This document shows, piece by piece, positions 1 to 9,449 of a stretch of DNA of 64,000 bases. The stretch comes from an uncultured Gammaproteobacteria bacterium (GTDB taxonomy: Bacteria; Patescibacteriota; Microgenomatia; Levybacterales; UBA12049), in assembly GCA_964408485.1 (NCBI GenBank), contig CAYOZJ010000002.1, positions 69,235-133,234 of the forward strand. The letters run 5' to 3'. Each line of letters opens with the position of its first letter. Position 1 is the first letter of the stretch. The notes under the pieces were generated by a model, which ran no database searches, was not told where the DNA came from, and was given only the letters and a program-made list of their open reading frames with translations. Made by a program: the position numbers and the translations under genes.

Positions 1-1324
1 TAATCATTTTGACTGCAGGAATATTAAATGAGTTACCCAATGCTTGTCTCATATCAACAACACCATGAAATTTCCCGTCATAATTAACTGGGCAATAGGC
101 AGGACCAGATGGATTTGGAAAACAAATTGGTTGGTCAGCAAAAGGTGTTGCTGCAGAATACCCTTTAATAAGCCCTTCTGCATAGGTGATTGGTTTAAAA
201 GATGACCCTGGTTGTCTGTGTTGGAGTGTAATATTCACATTACCATCTGTATGAGTTGTATCAAAATAGTCACGACTTCCAACCATTGCCAAGATTTCAC
301 CTGTTGCAGGATCTGTAACAACTGTAGCGCCATTGGTCACATGATACCCAACCAATTTAGCAACCTCACTCGCAACAGTATCTTGGGCAAAATTTTGAAT
401 CGTTAAATCAAGACTTGTTGTTACTCGTAGTCCTCCTGCTGCAACGCGGTCAGCCCCATATTGTTTTTCCAATAAGTCTTTTATGTAGAGGACAAAATGA
501 GGTGCTTTAATATCATCGGCAACATTGGCATAGGTAAGAGTCTCTGTAACTGCTTTGTCGTATTGGTCTTTTGTTATGTATCCTTGGTCGCGCATTGCTA
601 TAAGCACATCTTTCTGACGCTGTCTTGCTAGCTCTGGGTGGGGACCAAATGGGGAATAGGTTGTGGGCGCTTCAGGAAGTCCTGCAAGAAGAGCAGATTG
701 AGCAAGGTCTAAATCCTTTGCATGTTTGCCGAAATAGGTTTGGGATGCAGCCTCAATTCCATATGCTGTCCCGCCGTAAGGGATTTGATTTAAGTACAAC
801 TCTAAAATTCGTGCTTTTGGATAAAGAAGTTCGGTAAAAAATGCTAAGACAATTTCTCTCATTTTTCTTGTAACGGTTTGTTCGGGGGAGAGGAGTGAAT
901 TTTTGACTAATTGTTGGGTAATGGTTGATCCTCCTTGAATTTGTTTATGAAATACAATTACATAGAGCGCTCGAGCAATACCACGAAGGTCAATAGGACC
1001 ATGGTGATAAAAATCTCTATCCTCTATAGCAATCGTTGCATTCTGGACGTTATTGGGAATGGTTGCGAGGGGAATAAAAACTTGATTTTTCTTTTCGTAA
1101 ATGTTGTATAACAACGTACCATTTCGATCATAAATCTGTGTTGACTGAGGAATGTTGCCACTCGTCAGACTAATTGGAGATGGAAGGTCACGAAGGATAA
1201 AATAATAAAAAATGCCTGCAAGTAAAAGTAAAGGAAGAGCAATTCGCCCGTATACTATAAGCGTTTTGCGCGTTGGTTTTTTAAATACTTTTCGCACCGC
1301 TTTTGCAAGCTTCATTACTCTCAT
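1..1324 (-). CDS. Penicillin-binding protein 1A family (transglycosylase/transpeptidase), runs off the window start
   Basis: Minus-strand translation from ATG 1324 (MRVMKLAKAVRK, TM helix, LRDLPSP) gives transglycosylase motifs EDRDFYHHG, QGGSTITQQLVKN, YLNQIPYG and transpeptidase QPGSSFKPITY. Absent from the ORF track because it is open at the edge. Confidence 0.92.
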   Translation of the reverse strand, partial: MRVMKLAKAVRKVFKKPTRKTLIVYGRIALPLLLLAGIFYYFILRDLPSPISLTSGNIPQSTQIYDRNGTLLYNIYEKKNQVFIPLATIPNNVQNATIAIEDRDFYHHGPIDLRGIARALYVIVFHKQIQGGSTITQQLVKNSLLSPEQTVTRKMREIVLAFFTELLYPKARILELYLNQIPYGGTAYGIEAASQTYFGKHAKDLDLAQSALLAGLPEAPTTYSPFGPHPELARQRQKDVLIAMRDQGYITKDQYDKAVTETLTYANVADDIKAPHFVLYIKDLLEKQYGADRVAAGGLRVTTSLDLTIQNFAQDTVASEVAKLVGYHVTNGATVVTDPATGEILAMVGSRDYFDTTHTDGNVNITLQHRQPGSSFKPITYAEGLIKGYSAATPFADQPICFPNPSGPAYCPVNYDGKFHGVVDMRQALGNSFNIPAVKMI

Positions 1325-1356
1325 GATATCATTGAGAAGATTTTCTATCAAGAAAC

Positions 1357-2331
1357 ATGTTGAATTGGATAGACTATGCTATTGTAGCAATACTTCTTTT
1401 CTACGCAGTTGAAGGATATGCGTTAGGTGTAATTCCTGCATTCTTTGACTTGCTGCAGTTTAGTGCATCTTTTCTTTTAGGGCTTAAATTCTATAGTGCA
1501 CTCAATCCGCTTATTATTCACTTTTTTCCTCTTCCCGGAGGGATTGCAAGCGCAATAAGCTTTTTTGTTATTGCCTTCGTGAGCGAGTTTTTATTGCACA
1601 TTTTCTTTCGAATTCTGCTTAAAAGAGCATTTCAAGAAAGCTTTCTTCTAAAGCCTAATTTTCAAATGTTGAACAAAATACTTGGTATATTACCAGGAAG
1701 TATTTCAGGACTAGTCCTCGTGATGTTTATTATCACGGTTATTACCGCAATTCCTACAACTCCATTTCTTAAGCAAGCACTAAATACCTCCCGCATTGGG
1801 GGAGTACTTTTAGCAAAATCTCAGATTTTTGAAAAACAAGTTGGAAACATTTTTGGAAAAGCGGCAAATGACACAATTAACTTCCTGACTGTTGAGCCGG
1901 AAAGTAACTCAAGTGTTTCACTTCACTTTACGTATAGCAAAGGATTGCCAGATATATCAGCAGAACAAGAAATGCTTCAGATGGTAAATATGGAGCGCGG
2001 AAAAGTTGGACTTAAGGATTTAGATATGGATAATCTATTGCAGGTTGTTGCCCGCTCGCATGCGCAGGACATGCTTGTCAGAGGATATTTTTCCCATTAC
2101 ACACCTGAAGGCCTGAGTCCATTTGACCGAATGGATAAAGCAGGCATTGTCTACAGTTATGCAGGAGAGAATTTAGCCTTTGCGCCAAATGTCACTATTG
2201 CTATGCAAGGGCTCATGCAAAGCCCAGGCCACAGAGCAAATATTTTATCAAAAGATTTCGGGAAAGTAGGAGTTGGTGTGATAGATGCTGGTATTTACGG
2301 CGAAATGTTTGTACAGGAGTTCACTAACTAA
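1357..2331 (+). CDS. CvpA (colicin V production) membrane domain fused to CAP/SCP domain
   Basis: N-terminal NWIDY plus hydrophobic helices; C-terminal CAP motifs HAQDM..GYFSH, GENLA, SPGHRANIL. Confidence 0.88.
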   Translation: MLNWIDYAIVAILLFYAVEGYALGVIPAFFDLLQFSASFLLGLKFYSALNPLIIHFFPLPGGIASAISFFVIAFVSEFLLHIFFRILLKRAFQESFLLKPNFQMLNKILGILPGSISGLVLVMFIITVITAIPTTPFLKQALNTSRIGGVLLAKSQIFEKQVGNIFGKAANDTINFLTVEPESNSSVSLHFTYSKGLPDISAEQEMLQMVNMERGKVGLKDLDMDNLLQVVARSHAQDMLVRGYFSHYTPEGLSPFDRMDKAGIVYSYAGENLAFAPNVTIAMQGLMQSPGHRANILSKDFGKVGVGVIDAGIYGEMFVQEFTN

Positions 2332-2336
2332 AACTA

Positions 2337-2567
2337 TTAATTCTCGTCACTTCTTCTCCATGTGTCAGGATCAAGACGAGCGCTGCCTCCATGGGTATGT
2401 CGTTCTCCAGATATCGTATCTAAATTTCGTCGCCACATCTCACCAGGCTGCCATGTTTTAAATGGTCTAAGCCCATTACCACCGGTACTTAGATCTACAT
2501 CATTCTCGATTCTTCTTTTTCTTTGTTCTAGGGGCGTTTGATATTTCTTTTTTTGCTCAGTACCCAT
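2337..2567 (-). CDS. Small hypothetical protein
   Basis: 76-aa ORF preceded by a TTGACT-N17-TAGAAT promoter-like sequence. Confidence 0.55.
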   Translation of the reverse strand: MGTEQKKKYQTPLEQRKRRIENDVDLSTGGNGLRPFKTWQPGEMWRRNLDTISGERHTHGGSARLDPDTWRRSDEN

Positions 2568-2662
2568 ACTATTGGAAAAATTCTACCATCTTGAAAAAAG
2601 CAAGTCAATTCATTCTTCCTTAGCTCCTTGATCAAAAGTAATTTCCATACTATACTCAGTCT

Positions 2663-3700
2663 ATGATTCGTGTTGCAATTAATGGATACGGAAGAATTGG
2701 AAGAGTAGCACACAGAATCATGCTTCTTAAACATCCTGAGCTTGATGTCGTTGCAATCAATGCAGGGACTTCAACAGATTTGAAGGGTTGGATGTATCTT
2801 CTTAAGTATGATTCTAATTATGGAATATTGGATGGTGTTGACTTAGATATACGACTAAATACAGATAAGGCAAATCCCAACCTTCTCGGCAAGCTTCTGG
2901 TAAATAAAAAAGAAATTTCTGTTTTTTCCCAGAAAGACCCGAGTCTTCTTCCATGGGGGGATTTAAAAGTAGATGTTGTTATTGAATCCACGGGACACTT
3001 TCTTACGAAAGAAGATGCAAAAGCCCATATATCTGCAGGAGCAAAAAAGGTTGTTATTTCAGCTCCAGCTAAGGACGACACGCCTCCATACGTTGTATCC
3101 GTGAATGAAAAAGAGTATCGGGGAGAACAGATTGTGAGTAATGAATCATGTACAACCAATTGTATTACACCAGTTGCCAAAATAATGGAGGATGCATTTG
3201 GTGTAGAGAAAGCAATGATGACAACAATTCATGCATACACATCAGACCAGGAGCTTCAAGACGGGGGACACCATGATTATCGTCGGGCACGGGCTGCTGC
3301 AAAAAATATTGTCCCAACAACAAGCGGGGCGACTCTCGCTGCAGCACAAGTAATCCCTTCCCTTAAGGGTATATTCAATGGCCTTGCTCTTCGTGTACCT
3401 GTATCAACAGGATCGCTTTCTGATTTTACTTTCCTAGTAAAGAAAAATACAACAGTTGAGCAGGTAAATACTGCATTTAAAAAAGCAGCAAAAAATCCAA
3501 CATTTAAGGGAATTTTAGAAGCAACAAATGAGCCACTTGTTTCCTCAGATATTATTGGGAATTCTCATTCATCTATTGTTGACTTATCACTGACGCAAGT
3601 TGTGGGAGGGAATATGGTCAAAGTAATTGCGTGGTATGACAATGAATGGGGATATGCGCACAGATTGGTAGAATTAACGAGTGAAATTGGAGGAAAATAA
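2663..3700 (+). CDS. gap: Type I glyceraldehyde-3-phosphate dehydrogenase
   Basis: AINGYGRIGR, catalytic SCTTNC, WYDNEWGY. Confidence 0.97.
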   Translation: MIRVAINGYGRIGRVAHRIMLLKHPELDVVAINAGTSTDLKGWMYLLKYDSNYGILDGVDLDIRLNTDKANPNLLGKLLVNKKEISVFSQKDPSLLPWGDLKVDVVIESTGHFLTKEDAKAHISAGAKKVVISAPAKDDTPPYVVSVNEKEYRGEQIVSNESCTTNCITPVAKIMEDAFGVEKAMMTTIHAYTSDQELQDGGHHDYRRARAAAKNIVPTTSGATLAAAQVIPSLKGIFNGLALRVPVSTGSLSDFTFLVKKNTTVEQVNTAFKKAAKNPTFKGILEATNEPLVSSDIIGNSHSSIVDLSLTQVVGGNMVKVIAWYDNEWGYAHRLVELTSEIGGK

Positions 3701-4293
3701 TGGACACAAATCCCGCAGACTTACGATTCCGCTTAATTTCCGTTTCCGGAAGAATTGCCTCAGGGTCAACTACGTTAGCCAAAAAACTCGCTCATGCACT
3801 ACGGTGGCAGCGGATGGAAGGTGGAGATATTTTCTGGGAAGCTGTACGGAGTAAATTAGGTCTTGATGTTAAGGATACAGGACTTCGCCCAGATGAGGAA
3901 GATTTAGCATTTGAAGCAATGCAAAAAGAAATTCTTACCACACGGGACCATATGGTTGTTGAAAGTAAACTTGCGGGGTTTGTTGCAAAGGATTTGAAAG
4001 ACGTGTTTCGGGTATTGGTTATTTGTGTTGATCCAGCAGGTGCAGATCAAACTAATATCCGTATCGATAGGCTTGTAAATCGCGAGCACATGAGTATTGC
4101 AGAGGCAAAAGAAGAAGTATTAGTAAGGGAGCAATCAGACGTTGATAAATGGAGACGTCTCTATGCTCCAACAGAGGCAGATTGGACATTTTGGAATGAG
4201 AAATATTACGACTTAGTTATAAATACGTATGCTCATGATCCAGACGAAGTCTTAGCTCTTGTTTTAGAAGCAGTTGGATATACTACGCAATAA
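3700..4293 (+). CDS. Cytidylate kinase-like nucleotide kinase (archaeal/CPR type)
   Basis: P-loop SGRIASGSTT, VVESKLAG, YDLVINT. Confidence 0.75.
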   Translation: MDTNPADLRFRLISVSGRIASGSTTLAKKLAHALRWQRMEGGDIFWEAVRSKLGLDVKDTGLRPDEEDLAFEAMQKEILTTRDHMVVESKLAGFVAKDLKDVFRVLVICVDPAGADQTNIRIDRLVNREHMSIAEAKEEVLVREQSDVDKWRRLYAPTEADWTFWNEKYYDLVINTYAHDPDEVLALVLEAVGYTTQ

Positions 4294-4341
4294 AACTTCT
4301 TCTTGCAGAAAATAGCTATTGGTATTAGGATAGGAAAGCGT

Positions 4342-4908
4342 ATGAAGAAAATAATACTTATCTCGCTTCTTCTCTTCTTTTTTGTCTTTCCTAAAAATAG
4401 TATTGTTACGGCAGATGACAGCAGTATGAGCGCAACAGCGTCTCCAACAGCAGTGGTTGTTAATGACTATACACTTCCATACCCAGGTCTCTTACCAGAT
4501 AATCCCTTATATGTTATTAAGACAATTCGAGATAGAATTGTTACTTTTTTTATTTCTGATCCATTGAAGAAATCGTCATTTAACTTGCTTCAATCAGACA
4601 AGCGACTTGAAGCATCGTGGTATCTTTTGAAAAAGGATGTCAAGAATAATAGTCTTGCTCTTTCAACACTCTCTAAATCCACAACGTACTTTTCGCTATC
4701 TATTGACGAGTTACATAAAGCGCAGGGAAGCGGGGAAGACATAAATGCGCAGATAGATAGTATAAAAAATGCCATTGCCAAACATGTTGCTGTTGCCCAT
4801 GAAATGCTTTCTCTTCCAGGACTTGGAAATAAAAATGGATTTGCTCAGGAAGTAAAACGACTTGATAATATTCAGAAAACTGTATCGGGGTTTAGCCCTG
4901 AGGAGTAG
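4342..4908 (+). CDS. Exported helical protein, DUF5667-like
   Basis: Signal peptide and YTLPYPGLLPDNPLY motif typical of CPR DUF5667 proteins. Confidence 0.65.
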   Translation: MKKIILISLLLFFFVFPKNSIVTADDSSMSATASPTAVVVNDYTLPYPGLLPDNPLYVIKTIRDRIVTFFISDPLKKSSFNLLQSDKRLEASWYLLKKDVKNNSLALSTLSKSTTYFSLSIDELHKAQGSGEDINAQIDSIKNAIAKHVAVAHEMLSLPGLGNKNGFAQEVKRLDNIQKTVSGFSPEE

Positions 4909-5026
4909 GCTGACTTTAAGAAATTGACTAGAATCTGTTAACGAAGAAGAAGAGAATTTTCCACAAAAAAGAAACTGAGGCTAGAAAAAGGACTGACCCA
5001 ATTTGATACACTAATTGCTAGTTGAC

Positions 5027-5074
5027 GCCACAGATTTAGGGTCCTAATATCGATAAGGACACTACATATGGGAA
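5027..5074 (+). promoter_or_regulatory. Tandem NrdR boxes
   Basis: gccacagatttagggt (5027-5042) and acactacatatgggaa (5059-5074) resemble the acaCwAtATaTwGtgt consensus; starts 32 bp apart, directly upstream of nrdR-nrdJ. Confidence 0.75.
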
Positions 5075-5113
5075 GTACTGTCCAGGGCAGAAGGAGATCA
5101 TTAACAATTCATT

Positions 5114-5566
5114 ATGAAATGTCCATACTGCGGTAATAACCAAACAGAGGTTGTAGAAACACGAGATAACGAAGAGCTAGAGACAATACGCAGAAGACGC
5201 AGTTGCAGTAATTGTGGCAAACGCTTTACCACATATGAGCGCATAGAAAATGTCGATTTATATGTACGGAAAAAAGATGGAAGGCGTGAGCTTTTTAATA
5301 GGGATAAATTAAGAAAAGGTGTGCTAACATCTACAGAGAAAACAAAAATTTCTGTAGAGACAGCAGAAAAAATCGTTGCAGATATAGAGCAAGAGATTCG
5401 TGCAAAAGGAATACTTGAAATAAAAAGTAAAGAAATAGGGGACATGGTTGCAAAACGCTTGAAAAAATTAGACAAAGTAGCATATATTCGCTTTGCCAGT
5501 GTTTTTAAACGCTTTGTCGATGTAGAAGATTTTGAAAAAGAAGTAAGAAAGTTGGTAATTAAATAA
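5114..5566 (+). CDS. nrdR: Transcriptional repressor NrdR
   Basis: MKCPYC..RRRRSC..C..RFTTYE zinc ribbon, ATP-cone, VAYIRFASV. Confidence 0.97.
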   Translation: MKCPYCGNNQTEVVETRDNEELETIRRRRSCSNCGKRFTTYERIENVDLYVRKKDGRRELFNRDKLRKGVLTSTEKTKISVETAEKIVADIEQEIRAKGILEIKSKEIGDMVAKRLKKLDKVAYIRFASVFKRFVDVEDFEKEVRKLVIK

Positions 5567-5567
5567 T

Positions 5568-8024
5568 ATGGGTGATACAAAAAAAACATTGGTTCCAAAT
5601 TTTGCAGGGACACTGCGCGAAACTGTCTTTATGGATAGATATGCCTTAAAAGATAAAGATGGTTTGCCAATTGAGCATTCCCCTGAAGAGACATGGAAAA
5701 GAGTTGCATGGGGTATTGCGCAAAATGAAAAGCCAAAAGACCGAAAAGTTTGGGAAAAACGATTCTATGATGCAATGTCTGACTTTAAATTTGTTCCTGG
5801 GGGGAGAATTCTCTCAGGAGCAGGGACAGATTATCAGGTAACCTACTTTAATTGTTTTGTTATTCCATCTCCTAGGGATTCACGAGGTGCAATTTTAGAT
5901 ACGCTTAAGCAAATGGTAGAAATTATGGCAAGAGGCGGCGGCGTTGGATTTAATTTATCTTCACTCAGGCCACGAGGTGCACGAGTAAAAAAAGTAAATG
6001 GAACGTCCTCAGGTCCTACAAATTGGGCAGCACTTTATTCTGTCGCCACAAGAGACATTGTTCAGCAAGCAGGGACAAGACGCGGTGCACTCATGCTTAT
6101 GCTGTGGGATTGGCATCCAGATGTTGAGGAGTTTATTACAGTCAAACAAGATCTTTCTAAAATTAATGGAGCCAACCTTTCTGTTTGTCTGTCAGATGCA
6201 TTTATGGAGGCTGTCAAAGCAGATGGCGACTGGGAATTAAAATATCCTGATTTGGATGATCCAAAGTACGATAAATACTGGGACGGAGAATTGGATAAAT
6301 GGATCGAGCGGGGAGGAAAAGTAAAAGTCTACAAAACAATCAAAGCAAAATACCTCTGGGATCTTATTTGTACTGCTGCATGGAGAAGTGCAGAGCCAGG
6401 TCTTCATTTCTTGGATAGGTCCAATAAAAGAAGCAATACGCACTATTTTGAAAGACTAGTTGCAACAAATCCGTGCGGTGAGCAGCCACTTGGTGCATGG
6501 GCTGTTTGTAATTTAGGCGCAATGAATTTGTCTGCGTACGTGAAAGATTCTGACTTGGCAAAAGATATTCCCGGATGGTTTGATTACGAATCATTTGGAA
6601 AAGACGTTAAAGTTGCGATGCGATTTATGGATAATGTGATTGATAAAACGTATTACTTCTTTAAAGACAATGAAGACTGTGCAAAAGATATTAGACGTAC
6701 TGGGCTTGGTATCATGGGGTTAGGAGATGCACTAATAAAGATGCATTTGCCATATGGGTCTGAAGAGTCGCTTCCTGTTATTGAAAAAATCTTTCAAGTC
6801 CTTAGAGACAATTCCTATCAGGCATCAGTTGAGGTAGCAAAGGAAAAAGGAGCATTTCCGCATTTCCAAAAAGAGGAGTTTCTTAAGGGGTATCACATTA
6901 AAGCATTGCCTCAGGATATAAGGGATGGTATTGCAAAGTATGGTATTCGAAACGGTGTCCTCTTAACGATTGCACCAACTGGGACGACATCTCTTGTTTC
7001 CGGCGTCTCTAGCGGGGTTGAGCCAGTGTATGAATTTGCATTCAAAAGACATGACAGGTTGGGTGAGCATATGATTTATCATCCACTTCTTGAAGAATGG
7101 TTAGCCTCTCATCAGGGGCAGGATAGGCCAAAATATTTTGTCTCAGCAAATGATTTGACACCAATGGAACATGTGAAAGTTCAAGCAATCGCGCAGGAAT
7201 ATATTGATTCCTCAATTTCCAAAACAGTGAATGGTCCAAAAACAGATTCTATTGAAGATGTGAAAGAACTGTATATGGCAGCATATGATTATGGTCTGAA
7301 GGGCGTTACGTATATGCGAGATGGATCAAGGCAAGGAGTTTTGGAAAGAGTAGATGATAAAAAGGAAGAAACAGCGGCAGTAGTTCAACCAACACTTCCA
7401 ATGATGCCTATGCTTTCCAGGCCTCAAAAAATTGAAGGAGTGACCTATCAAACAGAAACCCCAATGGGAAGTACATTTATTACGATTAATCACACAGAAG
7501 ATGGACAACCTTTTGAAGTCTTTATTAATATTGGTAAAAGTGGCAGTGATGTTTTCGGAATGGCAGAGGCACTTGGTCGAATGATTTCAACAAACCTTCG
7601 CCTTAATAGTGTTTTGGCTCCAAGAGAGAGAATCAAGCAAATTGTTGCTCAATTAACTGGTATTGGTGGATCAAGAAGTGTTGGATTTGGAGCGAATAGA
7701 GTTAAAAGTCTCCCCGATGCAATTGCAAAAATATTAGCAACACATTACAACTTGTCAGTAAATGGCAAAGTAGAGGATAGGCAAGTTATTACAAAAGTTA
7801 TGACCGATGGTGTTGTTCCAGCTCCTGAAACACATATCTCAGCAGAAGAACATGCGTCAGCAGAAGAAGCACATCCAGTAGCGCAGTTAACACTTGAAGG
7901 GAAAATGGAAGCAGCATCGACGAATACTTCTTTATATGATATTTGTCCAGAATGTGGCGTGAGCGCGTTTGCATATGAAGACGGATGTAAAAAATGCTAT
8001 AGCTGTGGGCATTCAGAATGCTGA
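5568..8024 (+). CDS. nrdJ: Class II (adenosylcobalamin-dependent) ribonucleotide reductase with TSCPD domain and C-terminal Zn ribbon
   Basis: NCFV, GGGVG, TNPCGEQPL, TIAPTGT, SISKTVN, C-terminal CPEC..GCKKCYSCGHSEC; no beta subunit adjacent. Confidence 0.95.
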   Translation: MGDTKKTLVPNFAGTLRETVFMDRYALKDKDGLPIEHSPEETWKRVAWGIAQNEKPKDRKVWEKRFYDAMSDFKFVPGGRILSGAGTDYQVTYFNCFVIPSPRDSRGAILDTLKQMVEIMARGGGVGFNLSSLRPRGARVKKVNGTSSGPTNWAALYSVATRDIVQQAGTRRGALMLMLWDWHPDVEEFITVKQDLSKINGANLSVCLSDAFMEAVKADGDWELKYPDLDDPKYDKYWDGELDKWIERGGKVKVYKTIKAKYLWDLICTAAWRSAEPGLHFLDRSNKRSNTHYFERLVATNPCGEQPLGAWAVCNLGAMNLSAYVKDSDLAKDIPGWFDYESFGKDVKVAMRFMDNVIDKTYYFFKDNEDCAKDIRRTGLGIMGLGDALIKMHLPYGSEESLPVIEKIFQVLRDNSYQASVEVAKEKGAFPHFQKEEFLKGYHIKALPQDIRDGIAKYGIRNGVLLTIAPTGTTSLVSGVSSGVEPVYEFAFKRHDRLGEHMIYHPLLEEWLASHQGQDRPKYFVSANDLTPMEHVKVQAIAQEYIDSSISKTVNGPKTDSIEDVKELYMAAYDYGLKGVTYMRDGSRQGVLERVDDKKEETAAVVQPTLPMMPMLSRPQKIEGVTYQTETPMGSTFITINHTEDGQPFEVFINIGKSGSDVFGMAEALGRMISTNLRLNSVLAPRERIKQIVAQLTGIGGSRSVGFGANRVKSLPDAIAKILATHYNLSVNGKVEDRQVITKVMTDGVVPAPETHISAEEHASAEEAHPVAQLTLEGKMEAASTNTSLYDICPECGVSAFAYEDGCKKCYSCGHSEC

Positions 8025-8091
8025 TGCATTCATAGCAGTATGCAGTAAGAATTATGGGCATATTGCGTAGAGCATAAAGCATAATTCATAT

Positions 8092-8222
8092 ATTTATACA
8101 TTGGGCAAACACCGTGTAATTCGGTGGAAGTGCCGCTACTGTAAATCCAGAAAACCATGTATAAATCATTCTCGAGCAAGAACGTTTTTGGGCACGTCCT
8201 TCTCGAGAGAGAGGGATTTTTT
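8092..8222 (+). ncRNA. Cobalamin riboswitch (short, class II-like) with terminator/RBS-sequestering expression platform
   Basis: Closing stem atttatacattgg (8092-8104)/ccatgtataaat (8155-8166); caccg-tgtaatt-cggtg T-loop hairpin; gtgccgctactgtaa; B12-box-like tccagaaaacc; GTGCC/GGCAC kissing-loop potential (8130-8134/8191-8195); hairpin tccttctc/gagaggga followed by T6. Confidence 0.85.
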
Positions 8223-8885
8223 ATGGAATTAATCAAAAAAGTAATACAACAATGGAGTAAATCGATTGCTATTATTCTTTTTCTTGTCGTTGCGTTTTTT
8301 GCAGGCAATATTACTGTGTTCTCAAAAAGTGACCACCCGCAAGTTTTAGGAGCAAAAACCCAGATTACTCCTATTCCCACACGTACGCCGATTCCAACAA
8401 CAGTGCCAGTTACGATTGTTAACAATATTATTGTTCCAACATCAGTTCCATTAGCCATATCCCCAACACCTGTTCAGTTACCAATCGTTATCGTTGTTAC
8501 CCCCACGCCAACCCCGATTGAATCGGGGCCAACTATTTCACCCACAGAAATACCTATACCAACTGTTACGCCAACACCAGTTTCTCAAACAATAACCATA
8601 GATGTTGACTATGCCGGTGAGCATGCAGAAAGTATCTATACCACTTCAATTGCTGCAGGGGAAAGTGCATGGCAAGCTGTACAAGATGCAATCGGGTTAG
8701 CAAATATTCACTACACGGATTATGGAGGAAGCCTTGGAATATTCATTACCGGATTCAACGGAACAGACGCTAACTCAAGTCAATACTATGATTTCCAAGT
8801 AAATGGAATCTCGTCTAATGTAGGAGTTTCCTCATATACCGCTCAGGATAAAGACACCTTGAAGTTTGTGTTAACCGGTTTCTAA
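8223..8885 (+). CDS. Membrane-anchored Pro/Thr-stalk protein with DUF4430 (transcobalamin-like C-terminal) domain, probable B12-binding protein
   Basis: N-terminal TM helix, PT-rich linker, C-terminal GIFITGFNG...YYDFQVNGISSNVGVSSY; true start probably ATG 8223, after the riboswitch. Confidence 0.75.
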   Translation: MELIKKVIQQWSKSIAIILFLVVAFFAGNITVFSKSDHPQVLGAKTQITPIPTRTPIPTTVPVTIVNNIIVPTSVPLAISPTPVQLPIVIVVTPTPTPIESGPTISPTEIPIPTVTPTPVSQTITIDVDYAGEHAESIYTTSIAAGESAWQAVQDAIGLANIHYTDYGGSLGIFITGFNGTDANSSQYYDFQVNGISSNVGVSSYTAQDKDTLKFVLTGF

Positions 8886-8936
8886 TAGGTTCGACAAGCT
8901 CACTATTTATCCTGAGTTTATCGAAGGATTTCTAAT

Positions 8937-9449
8937 ATGAAAAATATTCTCGCTGTGTCTTTTATTATTCTCTCAGCAGTATTATTAAGGCTTGTTCCGC
9001 ATGTGCCTAACTTTGCGCCGATTGGGGCAATGGCACTTTTTGGAGGAGCCCATCTTCAAAAGCGATATGCATTTTTTCTTCCGTTACTAGTAATGGTTTT
9101 ATCAGATATTTTCTTAGGATTTAGCGCAAGTACGCCTTCGGTATATGTAAGTTTTCTTATTATCGTTGGTATTGGTATGTGGTTGAGAAATCATACCAGC
9201 ATTCAAAATGTAATCGTAGCATCGCTTATATCCTCGACTATCTTTTATCTGCTTACTAATTTTAATTTTTGGTATCCTCAAGCTTTATATCCGCGAACGT
9301 TTTCGGGCATGCTTGATTCCTATATCATGGCCCTTCCATTCTTCAGGCCAACAATATTTGGGGATTTGTTTTATAACGGACTCTTCTTTGGTGGGTATGC
9401 ACTGGTTCAAAAAATTCTTTTCAAACAAGTAAAAGTATATGAGCAGTAA
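8937..9449 (+). CDS. DUF6580-like integral membrane protein (ECF S-component-like), putative cobalamin transporter
   Basis: RLVPHVPNFAPIGAMALFGG, LSDIFLGF, FYLLTNF, ALPFFR; located in the B12 operon. Confidence 0.75.
   Translation: MKNILAVSFIILSAVLLRLVPHVPNFAPIGAMALFGGAHLQKRYAFFLPLLVMVLSDIFLGFSASTPSVYVSFLIIVGIGMWLRNHTSIQNVIVASLISSTIFYLLTNFNFWYPQALYPRTFSGMLDSYIMALPFFRPTIFGDLFYNGLFFGGYALVQKILFKQVKVYEQ

Noticed and set aside
212-1412. Short plus-strand ORFs (212, 625, 1212)
   Set aside because: They are antisense shadows of the minus-strand PBP1A gene.
8157-8222. N-terminal extension of ORF 8157-8885
   Set aside because: It lies within the riboswitch; ATG 8223 is the more plausible start.
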